From an uncultured Alphaproteobacteria bacterium (lineage in GTDB: Bacteria > Pseudomonadota > Alphaproteobacteria > Rhizobiales > Xanthobacteraceae): a DNA stretch of 64,000 nucleotides. Below, in pieces: positions 1 to 10,496 of this stretch. A program made the position numbers and the translations under genes. Position 1 is the first letter of the stretch. Every line of letters starts with the position of its first letter. The stretch spans positions 66,831 to 130,830 of the forward strand of contig CAWKBE010000010.1 in NCBI GenBank assembly GCA_963847785.1, given 5' to 3'. The notes under the pieces were generated by a model. The model had not been told where the DNA came from and did no database searches. It worked only from the letters and a program-made list of their open reading frames with translations.

Positions 1-1350
1 CCGCTGGCGAAGGCAAGGGCGCCGATCCTCGGCACCTCGCCGGACGCCATCGATCTCGCCGAGGACCGCGATCGTTTCAAACAGCTGCTCGACCGGCTCA
101 AGCTGTTGCAGCCGAAAAGCGGCATCGCCACGTCGCCGGAAAAGGCGCGCACGATCGCCGAGCAAATCGGCTATCCGATCGTGATCCGCCCCTCCTACGT
201 GCTCGGCGGCCGCGCTATGGAGATCGTGCACGACGGGGCGCAGATCGATCGCTACCTTGCGCGCCTCACCACCGCTCTCGACCGGCCCTCGGAGCTCGCG
301 GTGTCGAAGCGACGGCCATTGCTGATCGATCGCTACCTGACCGACGCGATCGAGGTCGACGTCGACTGCATCGCCGACGGCAAGGGCACTTATATCGCCG
401 GCATCATGGAGCATATCGAAGAAGCGGGAATCCATTCCGGCGATTCCGCCTGCTCGCTGCCGCCGCACAATCTGCCGGCCGAGACGATCGCCGAGCTTGA
501 TCGGCAGACGCGGGCGCTGGCTTTGGCGCTCAAGGTCGGCGGCCTGATGAACGTGCAGTACGCCATCAAGGACGGCGCCATCTACGTGCTCGAAGTCAAT
601 CCGCGCGCCTCGCGCACGGTGCCGTTCGTCGCCAAGGTGACCGGCGTGCCGATAGCCAAGATCGCGGCACGGATCATGGCCGGCGAAACGCTCGCGAGCT
701 TCGCCTTGCCGCCGCAAAGCTTCGAGTTCGCCACCGCGCGCCACGTCGGCGTGAAGGAAGCGGTTTTTCCTTTCGCGCGCTTCGGCGACAAGGTCGATAC
801 CGTGCTCGGCCCGGAGATGAAATCGACCGGCGAGGTCATGGGCATCGACCGCGACTACAACGTAGCCTTCGCCAAAAGCCAGCTCGGCGGCGGCACCCGG
901 CTACCGAAAAGCGGAACCCTCTTTGTGTCGGTAAAGGACTCCGACAAGCCGCGCATTCTCGACACCGTGCGCCTCCTCGCCGGGCTGGGTTTCAAGTTGC
1001 TGGCGACGTCGGGAACCCAGCGCTTTCTCGCCCAGGAGGGAATTGCGGCGGCCAAGATCAATAAAGTCGCCGAAGGGCGACCGCACATCGTTGACGCCAT
1101 CAAAAACGGCGAAGTTCAGCTGGTTTTCAACACCACCGAAGGTGCAACCGCGCTTGCCGACAGCCGGTCGCTGCGGCGGGCAGCCCTCTTGCATAAAGTG
1201 CCATACTACACCACTCTCTCAGGGGCTGTCGCCGCAGCGCAGGGTATCAAGGCCTACCTCGGGGGCGACCTTGAGGTGTGTGCGCTGCAGAATTATTTCG
1301 CGGCCGCCTCTGATCCAAGATCGGACCGGCCAGAGCGACGGTACGTGTAG
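1..1350 (+). CDS. carB: carbamoyl-phosphate synthase large subunit, C-terminal portion (5' end upstream of window)
   Basis: Frame 1 is open from base 1 ([30 protein letters not shown]) and runs into the 414-aa track ORF. It shows the second ATP-grasp half ([40 protein letters not shown]) and the MGS-like allosteric tail ([22 protein letters not shown]). Confidence 0.93.
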   Translation, partial: PLAKARAPILGTSPDAIDLAEDRDRFKQLLDRLKLLQPKSGIATSPEKARTIAEQIGYPIVIRPSYVLGGRAMEIVHDGAQIDRYLARLTTALDRPSELAVSKRRPLLIDRYLTDAIEVDVDCIADGKGTYIAGIMEHIEEAGIHSGDSACSLPPHNLPAETIAELDRQTRALALALKVGGLMNVQYAIKDGAIYVLEVNPRASRTVPFVAKVTGVPIAKIAARIMAGETLASFALPPQSFEFATARHVGVKEAVFPFARFGDKVDTVLGPEMKSTGEVMGIDRDYNVAFAKSQLGGGTRLPKSGTLFVSVKDSDKPRILDTVRLLAGLGFKLLATSGTQRFLAQEGIAAAKINKVAEGRPHIVDAIKNGEVQLVFNTTEGATALADSRSLRRAALLHKVPYYTTLSGAVAAAQGIKAYLGGDLEVCALQNYFAAASDPRSDRPERRYV

Positions 1351-1413
1351 AGACAGGGTTTCAGCCGCGGGGCCGGACAAGGCTTCGGCCCGCGACTCAA
1401 GCTTTGTCTCTAC
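1347..1413 (+). other. long imperfect inverted repeat spanning the carB stop codon (RNA hairpin / REP-like)
   Basis: GTAGAGACAGGGTTTCAGCCGCGGGGCC ... GGCCCGCGACTCAAGCTTTGTCTCTAC. The outer 9 bp are perfect and the inner arm pairs with G-U wobbles and a few mismatches. No T-run follows. Confidence 0.5.
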
Positions 1414-1434
1414 GAGTTACGGAGATAGAAAGAG

Positions 1435-1908
1435 ATGGACAAGATTCCCATGACCGCGGCGGGCTACACCGCGCTTGAGACCGAACTCAAGCACTGCCAG
1501 CAAGTGGAGCGGCCCCGCATCATCCAGCAGATCACCGACGCGCGCACGCACGGCGACCTCTCGGAGAACGCCGAGTATCATGCCGCCAAGGAATCGCAAT
1601 CGCTCAATGAGGGCCGTATCGCCGAGCTCGAGGACAAACTCGCGCGCGCCGAAATCATCGATGTGTCGAAGCTTTCCGGCGAAACCATCACGTTCGGAGC
1701 CACCGTGACCTTGATCGACGAGGATACCGACAAGAAGGCGGTGTGGCAGATCGTCGGCGAGCCTGAGGCGGACGCTAAGAAGGGCAAGATTTCCATCACC
1801 TCTCCTCTCGCCCGCGCTCTTGTCGGCAAAAAGAAGGGCGTCCAGGTCGAAGTCGTCACTCCGGGCGGCGCCAAAGCCTATGAGATCGTCAAGGTCGAGT
1901 GGAAGTAG
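1435..1908 (+). CDS. greA: transcription elongation factor GreA
   Basis: 157 aa with [14 protein letters not shown] coiled-coil tip motif and C-terminal [17 protein letters not shown] domain. GGAGA RBS upstream. Confidence 0.95.
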   Translation: MDKIPMTAAGYTALETELKHCQQVERPRIIQQITDARTHGDLSENAEYHAAKESQSLNEGRIAELEDKLARAEIIDVSKLSGETITFGATVTLIDEDTDKKAVWQIVGEPEADAKKGKISITSPLARALVGKKKGVQVEVVTPGGAKAYEIVKVEWK

Positions 1909-1987
1909 GCCCGCGTCTGATCCGCCGCGCAACGAGATGAGCGACGCGGGGTTTGCCCCACCAGATCCTCACCGCGACAACGGCCTT

Positions 1988-2021
1988 CCCGCCCCGGGGT
2001 CAGCCTGGCGGCGGTTTTTTT
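1988..2021 (+). terminator. candidate intrinsic terminator downstream of greA
   Basis: Short GC stem (CCGCC ... GGCGG) followed by a run of seven T at 2015-2021. Confidence 0.45.
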
Positions 2022-2248
2022 GCGCCTGAGCCGCGGATGGACTCGCCGTAGACTGTGCGCATCGATGGGTGCTTGGGGGATTGCATATCTTGCATAGCTG
2101 CCGGGAATCCCTACATTTCTAAAGTATGTCAATGCTGGGCTTTAGGCTTTTCTGGCACATCCGTCATGGAAGGCCAATACGCTGATTTCACGGACTTCCG
2201 GGCAGACAGACCACGACGCAAGGCCTGCCGCAACGGACGGATGAACCG

Positions 2249-3220
2249 GTGACCAATACGATCCCCGCCAAGCTCGTCATCATCGGCTCCGGTCCAGCTG
2301 GCTATACGGCTGCGATCTATGCCGCGCGCGCAATGCTCAATCCAATTCTGATCCAGGGCGTACAGCCGGGCGGACAGCTCACCGTCACCACCGACGTGGA
2401 GAATTATCCCGGCTTTGCCGACGTCATCCAGGGCCCTTGGCTCATAGAACAGATGCAGAAGCAAGCCGTCCATGTCGGCACCAAGATCGTCTCCGATCAT
2501 GTCGGCAAGGTCCACCTCGCGCGGCGGCCTTTCCGCATCGAATGCGATTCAGGCGACGTGTATTTGGCAGACGCGCTCGTTTTGGCGACGGGAGCGCAGG
2601 CGCGCTGGCTCGATCTGCCCTCGGAGCAGAAATTCCGCGGCTACGGCGTGTCAGCCTGCGCCACCTGCGACGGCTTTTTCTATCGCGGGAAGGAAGTTCT
2701 GGTGATCGGCGGCGGCAACACCGCCGTCGAGGAAGCGCTGTTCCTGACCAACTTCGCCAGCAAGGTGACGGTGGCGCACCGACGCGACAGCTTCCGCGCC
2801 GAGCGCATTTTGCAGGAGCGGCTCTACCGGAATCCGAAGATATCGGTGCTCTGGCATACCGTGCTTGAAGACATCGTCGGCAGGGATAATCCGCTCAAGG
2901 TCAAAGCGGCGCTGCTGCGCAACGTCAAAACCAATGAAATCACCCAATGGCCGGTCGACGGAATTTTTATCGCCATCGGCCACTCGCCGGCTTCCGAACT
3001 GGTCGCCGGCCAGATCGAGATGAAGCATTCCGGCTACATCAAGACCGCGCCGCATTCGACCGCAACGTCGGTCCCCGGCGTATTCGCCGCCGGCGACGTC
3101 GCCGACGACGTCTATCGCCAGGCGGTTACCGCCGCCGGCCTTGGCTGCATGGCGGCGCTCGAAGCCGAGAAATTCCTCGCGGCGCACGGCGAAGCCGAGC
3201 CGCGCGTCGCGGCCGAGTAA
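2249..3220 (+). CDS. trxB: thioredoxin-disulfide reductase
   Basis: GSGPAGYTAAIYAARA FAD motif, redox-active CATCDG, GGGNTAVEEA NADPH motif, C-terminal GDVADDVYRQAVTAAGLGCMAA. GTG start. Confidence 0.95.
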   Translation: MTNTIPAKLVIIGSGPAGYTAAIYAARAMLNPILIQGVQPGGQLTVTTDVENYPGFADVIQGPWLIEQMQKQAVHVGTKIVSDHVGKVHLARRPFRIECDSGDVYLADALVLATGAQARWLDLPSEQKFRGYGVSACATCDGFFYRGKEVLVIGGGNTAVEEALFLTNFASKVTVAHRRDSFRAERILQERLYRNPKISVLWHTVLEDIVGRDNPLKVKAALLRNVKTNEITQWPVDGIFIAIGHSPASELVAGQIEMKHSGYIKTAPHSTATSVPGVFAAGDVADDVYRQAVTAAGLGCMAALEAEKFLAAHGEAEPRVAAE

Positions 3221-3254
3221 TTCTCACCTCTCCGGCAGAGAGGCGAAAAGTACG

Positions 3255-4148
3255 ATGATGGATTGGGACAAGCTCAAGGTTTTTCATGCCGCCGCCGAGG
3301 CCGGCAGCTTTACGCACGCGGGCGAGCAGCTCGGGCTCTCGCAATCGGCTGTCTCGCGGCAGGTGAGCGCGCTCGAGCAGGAGCTCGCGGTTTCCCTGTT
3401 CCACCGGCACGCACGCGGCTTGATCCTGACCGAGCAGGGCGACCTGCTGTTTCGCACCGCGCATGATGTCTTCATGAAGCTCGAGGCGGCGCGCGCCAAG
3501 CTGACCGACAGCCGCGAGCGGCCGAACGGCGACCTGAAGGTGACGACGACACCAGGTCTCGGCGTGCATTGGCTCACCCCGCGGCTCGGAGAGTTCACCG
3601 AGCTTTATCCCGAAGTCCACATTACGCTCCTGACCACCGAAGAGGAGCTGGACCTCGCCATGCGCGAGGCGGATGTCGCCATTCGCCTGCGCCAGCCGAC
3701 GCAACCGGACCTGATCCAGCGCAAGCTGTTTTCCGTGCACTTCCATGTCTATGCGTCGCCGGAATATCTCAAGCGTTTCGGCACGCCGCGCACCTTCGAG
3801 GATCTCGACAATCACCGCGTGCTGATGCTGGGCGGCAATGTACCGCTCTACCTGCAACGCTCGCTCTATCTCACCGAAGTGGCGCGCAACGGCAAGGGGC
3901 CGCGCACGCCGCATCTCGTCATCAACAATATCCTAGGCATTCTGCGCGCCTGCCAGCGCGGCATCGGCATCGCCATGCTGCCCGACTATCTGGTCGAAGG
4001 CGACGGCGGCCTGGTGCAGCTGTTCGCCGACGGCGACCCGATCGCGCTCGACGCCTATTTCGTCTATCCGGAAGAGCTCAAAAGCGTCGCGCGCGTGCAG
4101 GCATTCCGCGATTTTCTCGTTGCCAACGCGCAACGCTGGAACTACTAG
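3255..4148 (+). CDS. LysR-family transcriptional regulator
   Basis: N-terminal HTH (MDWDKLKVFHAAAEAGSFTHAGEQLGLSQSAVSRQVSALE) and a LysR substrate-binding domain. ATG at 3255 chosen over the track start at 3141, which overlaps trxB. Confidence 0.9.
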   Translation: MMDWDKLKVFHAAAEAGSFTHAGEQLGLSQSAVSRQVSALEQELAVSLFHRHARGLILTEQGDLLFRTAHDVFMKLEAARAKLTDSRERPNGDLKVTTTPGLGVHWLTPRLGEFTELYPEVHITLLTTEEELDLAMREADVAIRLRQPTQPDLIQRKLFSVHFHVYASPEYLKRFGTPRTFEDLDNHRVLMLGGNVPLYLQRSLYLTEVARNGKGPRTPHLVINNILGILRACQRGIGIAMLPDYLVEGDGGLVQLFADGDPIALDAYFVYPEELKSVARVQAFRDFLVANAQRWNY

Positions 4149-4247
4149 AGCGCAATTGCTTCAGATTGAATCGATTGTCGCTCGATCATATTCCTGGAGA
4201 ATGATCTTTTCGAAAAACCGGTTTCCACTTTCTGGGATCGTGCTCTA
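4146..4247. repeat. dispersed ~100-bp intergenic repeat, copy 1 (MITE/REP-like, terminal inverted repeats TAGAGCGC / GTGCTCTA)
   Basis: Near-identical to 46877-46958 (TAGAGCGCAATTGCTTYAGATTGAATCGATTGTCGCTC...TTTTCGAAAAACCRGTTTCCAC). The core GAAAAACCGGTTTCCAC recurs inverted at 16654-16690. Confidence 0.85.
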
Positions 4248-4475
4248 AATTCGTATTGTTTGCGAGCGCCGCGAGGGCCACCACGTCGCTGCGCGCAATG
4301 ACGTATTGCATGGCTGGCATGTTCATCGCCGTGTTGTGCGGCGCGGAAGCGCTTTGCATAGTGTAAATTGTTGCGCGATGTGCGGTTGCCAGAGATCCTC
4401 CATCGGCGACTGGTTTCACGCAGTTCTTCCCCTCTAGAAGGTGATTGCTGGCGCCCCCACGCTGGCAACCTTGAG

Positions 4476-4503
4476 ACCGGGCCCTCGCGGGCTCGGTTTT
4501 TTT
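4476..4503 (+). terminator. orphan intrinsic terminator (no credible upstream CDS)
   Basis: ACCGGGCCC-TCGC-GGGCTCGGT stem (one mismatch) followed by T7 (4497-4503). It lies about 330 nt downstream of the LysR stop. Confidence 0.55.
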
Positions 4504-4624
4504 GCATGCGTGGATTTTGGCAGCGACATGCAAATATAGACCTGCGAAAGTTCCGGGAGATAATTTCACCATTTCACGCGACGTAAAACTGTCACGGTGC
4601 AAAACTGTTACGGTGAACGACGGG

Positions 4625-5101
4625 ATGCAGCGAGGCTTTCGCTATATCCTGTCGGCGCCGATCGGGCGGAATTTCGATCCCGGCTTCCGCCCGGACCTGA
4701 CACCCGCGGAAATGCTGCGGCTCGGGGTGTTCGGCGGCAAGTACATGACCGACTGCGCCAAGGAATTTCCGCGCAGTTGGTTCGCCGCCGCCAAGCTCAC
4801 CAAACAGCACCGCGATCGCTCGTTGAATTATTTTGGTGTCGACGCCAGCCAGCCTTTGTCGGTCTGGCGCCAGAAGGGATGGATTTATCCCGACGACCCG
4901 CGCGGCTGGTTTCAGTGGTACTGCCGCTATTATATGGGCCGCCGTATCCCGGGCGAGGATGCCCGGCAGATCAAACGCTGGAAGGCGATGCGCCGCCACG
5001 TGCGCCAAATTCAGCGCCATTGCGAGCCGGGCGACCTCGCCTGCCGGCAGCGGCAACGGCAGGCGCTTCTGCATTGGGCCTACGACAGCAGGACGATTTG
5101 A
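4625..5101 (+). CDS. conserved hypothetical protein
   Basis: Coding-like 158-aa ORF from ATG 4625 (MQRGFRYILSAPIGRNFDPGFRPDLTPAEMLRLGVFGGKYM...GWFQWYCRYYMGRR). The family looks familiar but I cannot name it. The upstream track extension was rejected. Confidence 0.6.
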   Translation: MQRGFRYILSAPIGRNFDPGFRPDLTPAEMLRLGVFGGKYMTDCAKEFPRSWFAAAKLTKQHRDRSLNYFGVDASQPLSVWRQKGWIYPDDPRGWFQWYCRYYMGRRIPGEDARQIKRWKAMRRHVRQIQRHCEPGDLACRQRQRQALLHWAYDSRTI

Positions 5102-5292
5102 CCGGACCCCGCCGGCCGAAGAGCTGGTCCAACCTGTCGTCGTCCGGAACGCACACTTCACCAAATGTTGCCGCGAACGTGACCGCTCCCCGGCGTGACG
5201 GCGCGCGCGACCTCGGTTATAGACCGAGCGTAGTGATTTATGCAGCTGGAGCATGACCTTCCCTCTCCGGTCATGCTCGTGGAGGACAGCCC

Positions 5293-5796
5293 ATGCTCAC
5301 ACGCCGAGATTTTTTTTTCGCGGGCGCGACCGGATTGGCGGCGCTCGTTGTGAGCCGGCTGACATGGCCCCATGCCGCAAAGGCGGCCGCGAACTACGAG
5401 GTCACTCACACCGACGAGGAATGGAAGAAGCTTCTGAGCCCGGACGCGTACGAGGTGCTGCGCCACGAGGGTACCGAGCGGCCGTTCACCAGTCCGCTGC
5501 TCAAGGAGCATCGGGCCGGTACGTTCACGTGCGGCGGCTGCGATTTGCCGCTCTATTCGTCGAAGACCAAGTATGACAGCGGCACCGGCTGGCCGAGCTT
5601 TTGGGCGCCGCTCGACAAAGCGGTCGACGAAACGCGAGACACCTCGTTTGGCATGACGCGGACGGCGGTCTCGTGCCACCGCTGCGGCGGTCATCTCGGT
5701 CACGTATTCAACGACGGCCCGAAGCCCACGGGCCTGCGCTATTGCATGAACGGCGTGGCGCTGAAATTCGCGCCGGCCGCCCCAAGCGCGAGCTAG
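5293..5796 (+). CDS. msrB: peptide-methionine (R)-S-oxide reductase MsrB with Tat-type signal peptide
   Basis: MLTRRDFFFAGATGLAAL twin-arginine leader. SelR domain with CGGC...CHRCGGHLGHVFNDGP and catalytic RYCMNG. Confidence 0.92.
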   Translation: MLTRRDFFFAGATGLAALVVSRLTWPHAAKAAANYEVTHTDEEWKKLLSPDAYEVLRHEGTERPFTSPLLKEHRAGTFTCGGCDLPLYSSKTKYDSGTGWPSFWAPLDKAVDETRDTSFGMTRTAVSCHRCGGHLGHVFNDGPKPTGLRYCMNGVALKFAPAAPSAS

Positions 5797-5845
5797 ACAC
5801 CGGCGCGATGGCGGCGCGCGGGCGGCGTGTTACTTTGCTGCCTGC

Positions 5846-7645
5846 ATGAGCGTGATCAATCCCAACCCGTTCACGACCCGTCCGGAAATCGAAGGCACGT
5901 TCGGTGTCGTGGCCTCAACGCACTGGATCGCGACGGCGGTCGGCATGGCGGCTCTGGAGAAGGACGGCAACGCCTTCGATGCCGCGGTCGCAACCGCATT
6001 TGCGCTCCAGGTCGTCGAGCCGCATCTCAACGGCCCGGGCGGCGACGTCCCGGTCATCGTCCATGACGTGCGGCGCGGCCGGCCGGAAGTGATCTGCGGC
6101 CAGGGTCCGGCGCCGGCCGGCGCGACCATCGCGCATTATAGGCGCGAAGGGCTCGACCTCGTGCCCGGCACCGGCCTCCTCGCCGCCTGCGTGCCCGGCA
6201 CCTTCGAGACCTGGATGCTCCTGTTGCGCGACTATGGCACCATGCCGTTGCGCGAAGTCCTTTCACCGGCGATCGGATATGCGCAAAACGGCTATCCGCT
6301 TGTTGGGCGTGCCAGCGCGACCATCGCAACGGTCGCCGAGCTTTTCCGCGAGCACTGGCCGACTTCGGCCGCGGTGTATCTGCCGAATAATGCGGTGCCC
6401 GCAACGGAAACGCTGTTCGCCAACAAGGCGCTAGCGGCGACCTATATGCGGATCCTTGCCGAAGCCGAAAGCGCCGGCGGCGACCGCATCGCGCAGATCG
6501 AACGGGCGCGCAAAGCCTGGTCGCATGAATTCGTCGCCGAGGCGATCGATCGCTTCTGCCGGACGCAGGAGGTGATGGACACCAGCGGAAAGCGGCACCG
6601 CGGCGTGCTCGCCGCCGACGATATGGCGCGGTGGACGCCGCGCGTCGAAGCGCCGCTGGCCTACGACTACGGGCGCTACACGGTTTGCAAGACCGGGCCG
6701 TGGGGCCAAGGCCCGGTGATGTTGCAGCAACTCGCGCTGCTCAAGGGCTTCGACCTCGACCGTCTCGATCTCACCAGCGCCGACTTCATACATTTGCAGG
6801 TCGAATGCGCGAAGCTCGCTTTCGCCGACCGCGAAGCATTTTACGGCGATCCCGATTTCGTCGCAGTGCCGACCGCAACGCTCCTATCCGACGCCTACAA
6901 TTCCGCGCGGCGCAAGCTCGTCGGCGACACCGCGTCGCTTGAATTGCGCCCCGGATCGATCGACGGATTTGGCGCGGCGATCGAGCTCTCCCGCCGAGGA
7001 GCCCCGGGCCCGGCCGCGGCCGCCGGCGCGGGCGAACCCACGGTCGGCAGGCTCGGCGGAACGAGAGGCGACACCGTACATTTCGATATCATCGATCATG
7101 CCGGCAACATGGTGTCGGCGACGCCCTCGGGCGGCTGGCTGCAATCGTCGCCAGTGATCCCCGAGCTCGGCTTCTGCCTCGGCACGCGCGCGCAGATGTT
7201 CTGGCTCGAAGAAGGTCACCCCGCCGCGCTCGCGCCCGGCAAAAGGCCGCGCACGACGCTGACGCCGACGCTGGCCCTGCGCGACGGCGAGCCTTATCTG
7301 ATTTGCGGCACGCCCGGCGGCGATCAGCAGGACCAGTGGATCACCCAGCTTTTCCTGCGCCACGTCCATGGCGGCCTCAATCTTCAAGAGGCGATCGACG
7401 CGCCGGCTTGGCATTCCGAGCATTTTCCCTCGTCGTTTTGGCCACGCGCGGCGCGACCGGGCGTGCTGGTCGTCGAGGGCCGCGTGCCGCGAGAAACCGT
7501 CGCCGAACTCACGCGCCGCGGTCACATCGTCGAGGTCGGTCCGGACTGGTCGGAAGGCCGCCTCACCGCCGCGGCCCGTGCCGGCGAACGCCGCCGCGCC
7601 GCCGCCAATCCGCGCGGCATGCAGGGTTACGCCGCCGGGCGTTAG
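5846..7645 (+). CDS. gamma-glutamyltransferase-family Ntn hydrolase
   Basis: 599 aa with N-terminal GVVASTHWIATAVGMAALEKDGNAFDAAVA and the autoprocessing-site region GDTVHFDIIDHAGNMVSATPSGGW typical of the GGT family. Confidence 0.85.
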   Translation: MSVINPNPFTTRPEIEGTFGVVASTHWIATAVGMAALEKDGNAFDAAVATAFALQVVEPHLNGPGGDVPVIVHDVRRGRPEVICGQGPAPAGATIAHYRREGLDLVPGTGLLAACVPGTFETWMLLLRDYGTMPLREVLSPAIGYAQNGYPLVGRASATIATVAELFREHWPTSAAVYLPNNAVPATETLFANKALAATYMRILAEAESAGGDRIAQIERARKAWSHEFVAEAIDRFCRTQEVMDTSGKRHRGVLAADDMARWTPRVEAPLAYDYGRYTVCKTGPWGQGPVMLQQLALLKGFDLDRLDLTSADFIHLQVECAKLAFADREAFYGDPDFVAVPTATLLSDAYNSARRKLVGDTASLELRPGSIDGFGAAIELSRRGAPGPAAAAGAGEPTVGRLGGTRGDTVHFDIIDHAGNMVSATPSGGWLQSSPVIPELGFCLGTRAQMFWLEEGHPAALAPGKRPRTTLTPTLALRDGEPYLICGTPGGDQQDQWITQLFLRHVHGGLNLQEAIDAPAWHSEHFPSSFWPRAARPGVLVVEGRVPRETVAELTRRGHIVEVGPDWSEGRLTAAARAGERRRAAANPRGMQGYAAGR

Positions 7646-7680
7646 AGCTTCTGAGAGGATTCGCGCGAGGAAAGCGCGGT

Positions 7681-9156
7681 CTACGCCGTCACGGTGCGCA
7701 GGAAATCTTTGACTTCGCCGCGCAGCCGGACGGTGGCGTTTTCCACCTCTTCCGAGGCCGCGAGCACCGTTTGCGCCGAGCTGCGCGTTTGCGTCACCCC
7801 GGTTGCGACATCGCCGAGCGTCGCCACGACGCCTTTGCTGCCGACCGCGGCGCTCGCGACATTGTGCGAAATTTCTCCGGTCGCCGCTTCCTGCTGCGCA
7901 ATGGCGTCGACGACCTCCGACGTGTGCGAGTTGATGTCCTGCATCCGCTCCGTGATCGCGCGGATCGCAGCTACGGCGTCGCCGGTCGAATTCTGCACCG
8001 ACAGGATCTCCTTGGTGATTTCCTCGGTCGCCTTCGCCGTCTGCACGGCAAGCGATTTCACCTCCGAAGCGACCACGGCAAAGCCGCGGCCGGCTTCGCC
8101 GGCGCGCGCCGCCTCGATCGTGGCATTGAGCGCCAGGAGGTTTGTCTGCTCGGCGATATCCTGAATGAGCTTCACCACGTCGCCGATCCGCTGCGCGACT
8201 TTGGCGAGCGCGGTGATGTCGTCGTTGGTGGCGGTAGCGTCGGCGGCGGCGCTGCGCACGATCTCGCTCGTCTGCCCGAGCCGCCGGCTGATCTCCTTGA
8301 TCGAAGCGGACAGTTCCTCGGCGGCGGCCGCCGCGGTTTCGACGTTGGCCGAGGCCTTGTTCGATCCGTGCACCGCGCCTTGGGCGCGCTGCAGCGTGTG
8401 GTCCGACGTCGTCAGCAGGCTTTTGGCCGCCACCTTCATCGACGCGGCGCTTTGTCCGACGACCTTGAGGACATTCTCGACCCGGCCGCGGAACGAAGCG
8501 ATATCCGCGTCGATCGCGACGCGACGCACCTCGCGCATGCGCAGCGAATCACGCTCCTCCTCGGCGGCGAGCTTTTCGGTGACGTCGGTATGCGTCGTGA
8601 CCCAGCCTCCGCCTGGCAGCGGCCGCTGCGTCAGCGCGACGATGCGCCCGTCGCCGAATTTGATCGTTCTCGATTCCGTGCGACCTTCGGCGACCTCGCG
8701 AAGACAGCTAGCGACATAGTCGTCCGGATCTCCGGAGAACGTGCCCCTCTGGGCACGGAGAACAAGCATCTCGCGCAGCGGCATGCCGCCGCGCAATTGT
8801 TCACGCCGCAAGCGGTGCATTTCGATGTAGCGCATGTTGCAAAGGACAAGCCGCGCCGACTTGTCGAACATGCACAAGCCCTGGGTCATGTAGTTGAGCG
8901 CAATCCTCGACATACGATTGCGCCAACGCTGCTGCGCGACGGTGATCAGCGCGCCGAAGGCGAGCGCAACAAGCGCGAAAAGCACGGACAGGATGGCGCC
9001 CGCTGCCGCGGCGGGGATGCCATTGAGCGCTTGGAAGATTCCGTCGCGGCCGAAAAAGGTGAAGCAGGCGATGCCCGCGGCAAGGCCGGCGGCGCCGGTC
9101 CAGACGAGGATACCCCACTGGCGAATGGTCTTGGTCAGGGCATGAGCGCTGAACAT
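7681..9156 (-). CDS. methyl-accepting chemotaxis protein with PAS-like input domain
   Basis: Highly conserved signalling hairpin [41 protein letters not shown]. An N-terminal TM segment is followed by a PAS-like region. Start set at ATG 9156 ([10 protein letters not shown]) rather than 9402. Confidence 0.9.
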   Translation of the reverse strand: MFSAHALTKTIRQWGILVWTGAAGLAAGIACFTFFGRDGIFQALNGIPAAAAGAILSVLFALVALAFGALITVAQQRWRNRMSRIALNYMTQGLCMFDKSARLVLCNMRYIEMHRLRREQLRGGMPLREMLVLRAQRGTFSGDPDDYVASCLREVAEGRTESRTIKFGDGRIVALTQRPLPGGGWVTTHTDVTEKLAAEEERDSLRMREVRRVAIDADIASFRGRVENVLKVVGQSAASMKVAAKSLLTTSDHTLQRAQGAVHGSNKASANVETAAAAAEELSASIKEISRRLGQTSEIVRSAAADATATNDDITALAKVAQRIGDVVKLIQDIAEQTNLLALNATIEAARAGEAGRGFAVVASEVKSLAVQTAKATEEITKEILSVQNSTGDAVAAIRAITERMQDINSHTSEVVDAIAQQEAATGEISHNVASAAVGSKGVVATLGDVATGVTQTRSSAQTVLAASEEVENATVRLRGEVKDFLRTVTA

Positions 9157-9247
9157 GGCGGGCCCGTCCGGATCAATTTGATCGAGACTATTTGCCCGAA
9201 GGGTTGTTTTGAGGTTAACAAATGGTCGCCAACCGCATGGGGCGCGG

Positions 9248-10486
9248 TCAGCGGCGATGAATTCGGGTACGAATGCGCTTGGCGCCCGCGATTGCGGCGC
9301 AGCGCAATCCTTCCAGGCGGCGGACCAGTGCAAACGGTGCCTGCGGGCGGGCAACCACCAGGCGATTGCAGAGCGCCAGCCGCTCCCGCCAGAGATGATC
9401 AATCATCGGGTGATCGGGGATGGCGCAGGAGTCCGTGCGCGCGATGCCCGCGTCGTCGACGAGCTCGTCGGTGATCACGACGCTGAGCATGACGCCCGGC
9501 GAAAAGCGGGCAAAAGTCTCATCGTAGGCGATCTTCCAGAACCAGGCGCAACGCCCGCTGCGCAAAATGATGGTCGCGGCGATCGCGCGTCCATCGACCA
9601 ATGTGCGGTCAATCGAGACCTTGCCCTCCGCGGCGAGCCCGCTGACGGCAGTGCGGATGAAGGTGTCGAGATCGATGCTAGCGGCCGTCGCGGTGCCGGC
9701 CCTGCCTTTCCAGCCGCGCTCTTCGAGTGCGAAGAAGTCCCCCATCGCGGCGGCTACGGCCGCTGGTTCGGTCGCCGCGGTGAACAGCACGGCGCCGGTC
9801 TCGCTCAAACGCCGCCAATGCCGGCGCAGCTCCTTGTGCTGGCGCTGGGCAAGCGCACGCTCGACGTAAAGCGACCGGTCGCCGCTCGGCGCCAGCAGCG
9901 CCCGCTCATGACGATCAAAATCGGCGGTCGGCATCCGCGCGCGCGTGACGATCGTCTCGAGCACGGCGGCGAACTGACCGTCGACGGACAGATACGGCAG
10001 CAGCACCAGTCCCGGCAGCGCGGGGTCCGCGGCGAGGTGCGCAAGCCAGGCGGCCGCAATCGGTTCCGCTGCCTCGCGGTCGACCAGCGGTACGCCGAAC
10101 GGTCCGTACGGATGGGTCCAGCCGACGAGGATCGGCAGATTGGCGCCGTAGCGCCGTTTTTCGATCCGCGCCGGAAAGAAACCGAGAAGCCGACGCGGTT
10201 GTGTTCCCGACCAGACCAGAATGGCACCGGCGTCGCGCCCGAACACTGGCGCCGCCGCGAGCGCGAAGGCAGGCTCGTAGAAAACATTCGGCTCGAGCGC
10301 GTGGACCGCAAGCGCACGCCACTCACCAACAATCGGCGCAAGCTCCGCGAAATCTCGCCATTCGACGGCAAAGGTATGTGCCGCATAGCGATCGGCGAGG
10401 ACGGCCCGGCGCGCGCTGGCGATCGCCGAGGCGGCGCCATCGAGTGCAACGGCTGGCGCCTGATGGGCCGGGACCCTGACCGTCAT
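9248..10486 (-). CDS. GNAT-family acetyltransferase, CelD/BioF2-like (exopolysaccharide-associated type)
   Basis: 412 aa from ATG 10486 with [10 protein letters not shown]...[11 protein letters not shown]...[26 protein letters not shown] pattern, as in CelD-like proteins. Adjacent to a flippase. Confidence 0.65.
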   Translation of the reverse strand: MTVRVPAHQAPAVALDGAASAIASARRAVLADRYAAHTFAVEWRDFAELAPIVGEWRALAVHALEPNVFYEPAFALAAAPVFGRDAGAILVWSGTQPRRLLGFFPARIEKRRYGANLPILVGWTHPYGPFGVPLVDREAAEPIAAAWLAHLAADPALPGLVLLPYLSVDGQFAAVLETIVTRARMPTADFDRHERALLAPSGDRSLYVERALAQRQHKELRRHWRRLSETGAVLFTAATEPAAVAAAMGDFFALEERGWKGRAGTATAASIDLDTFIRTAVSGLAAEGKVSIDRTLVDGRAIAATIILRSGRCAWFWKIAYDETFARFSPGVMLSVVITDELVDDAGIARTDSCAIPDHPMIDHLWRERLALCNRLVVARPQAPFALVRRLEGLRCAAIAGAKRIRTRIHRR

Positions 10487-10496
10487 GCGCGCGCCT

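Noticed and set aside
3141-3254. Upstream start codons offered by the track for the LysR gene (3141), MCP (9402), argH (19361), ccr (37124), gluQ (46175) and integrase (49650)
   Set aside because: The extensions overlap neighbouring genes or lack family-typical N-termini. Internal ATGs giving canonical N-terminal sequences were preferred.
4186-4602. 138-aa minus-strand ORF (and 20498-20854, 16156-16719, 16455-16751)
   Set aside because: They read through the dispersed repeat/REP elements (e.g. ..PRKWKPVFRKDHSPGI). These are the classic false small proteins generated by the repeats.
7303-9474. 723-aa ORF on the + strand
   Set aside because: Antisense to the well-supported MCP and GNAT genes. 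The translation is Arg/Gly/Ala-rich low-information sequence typical of off-frame reading in high-GC DNA, with no motif.
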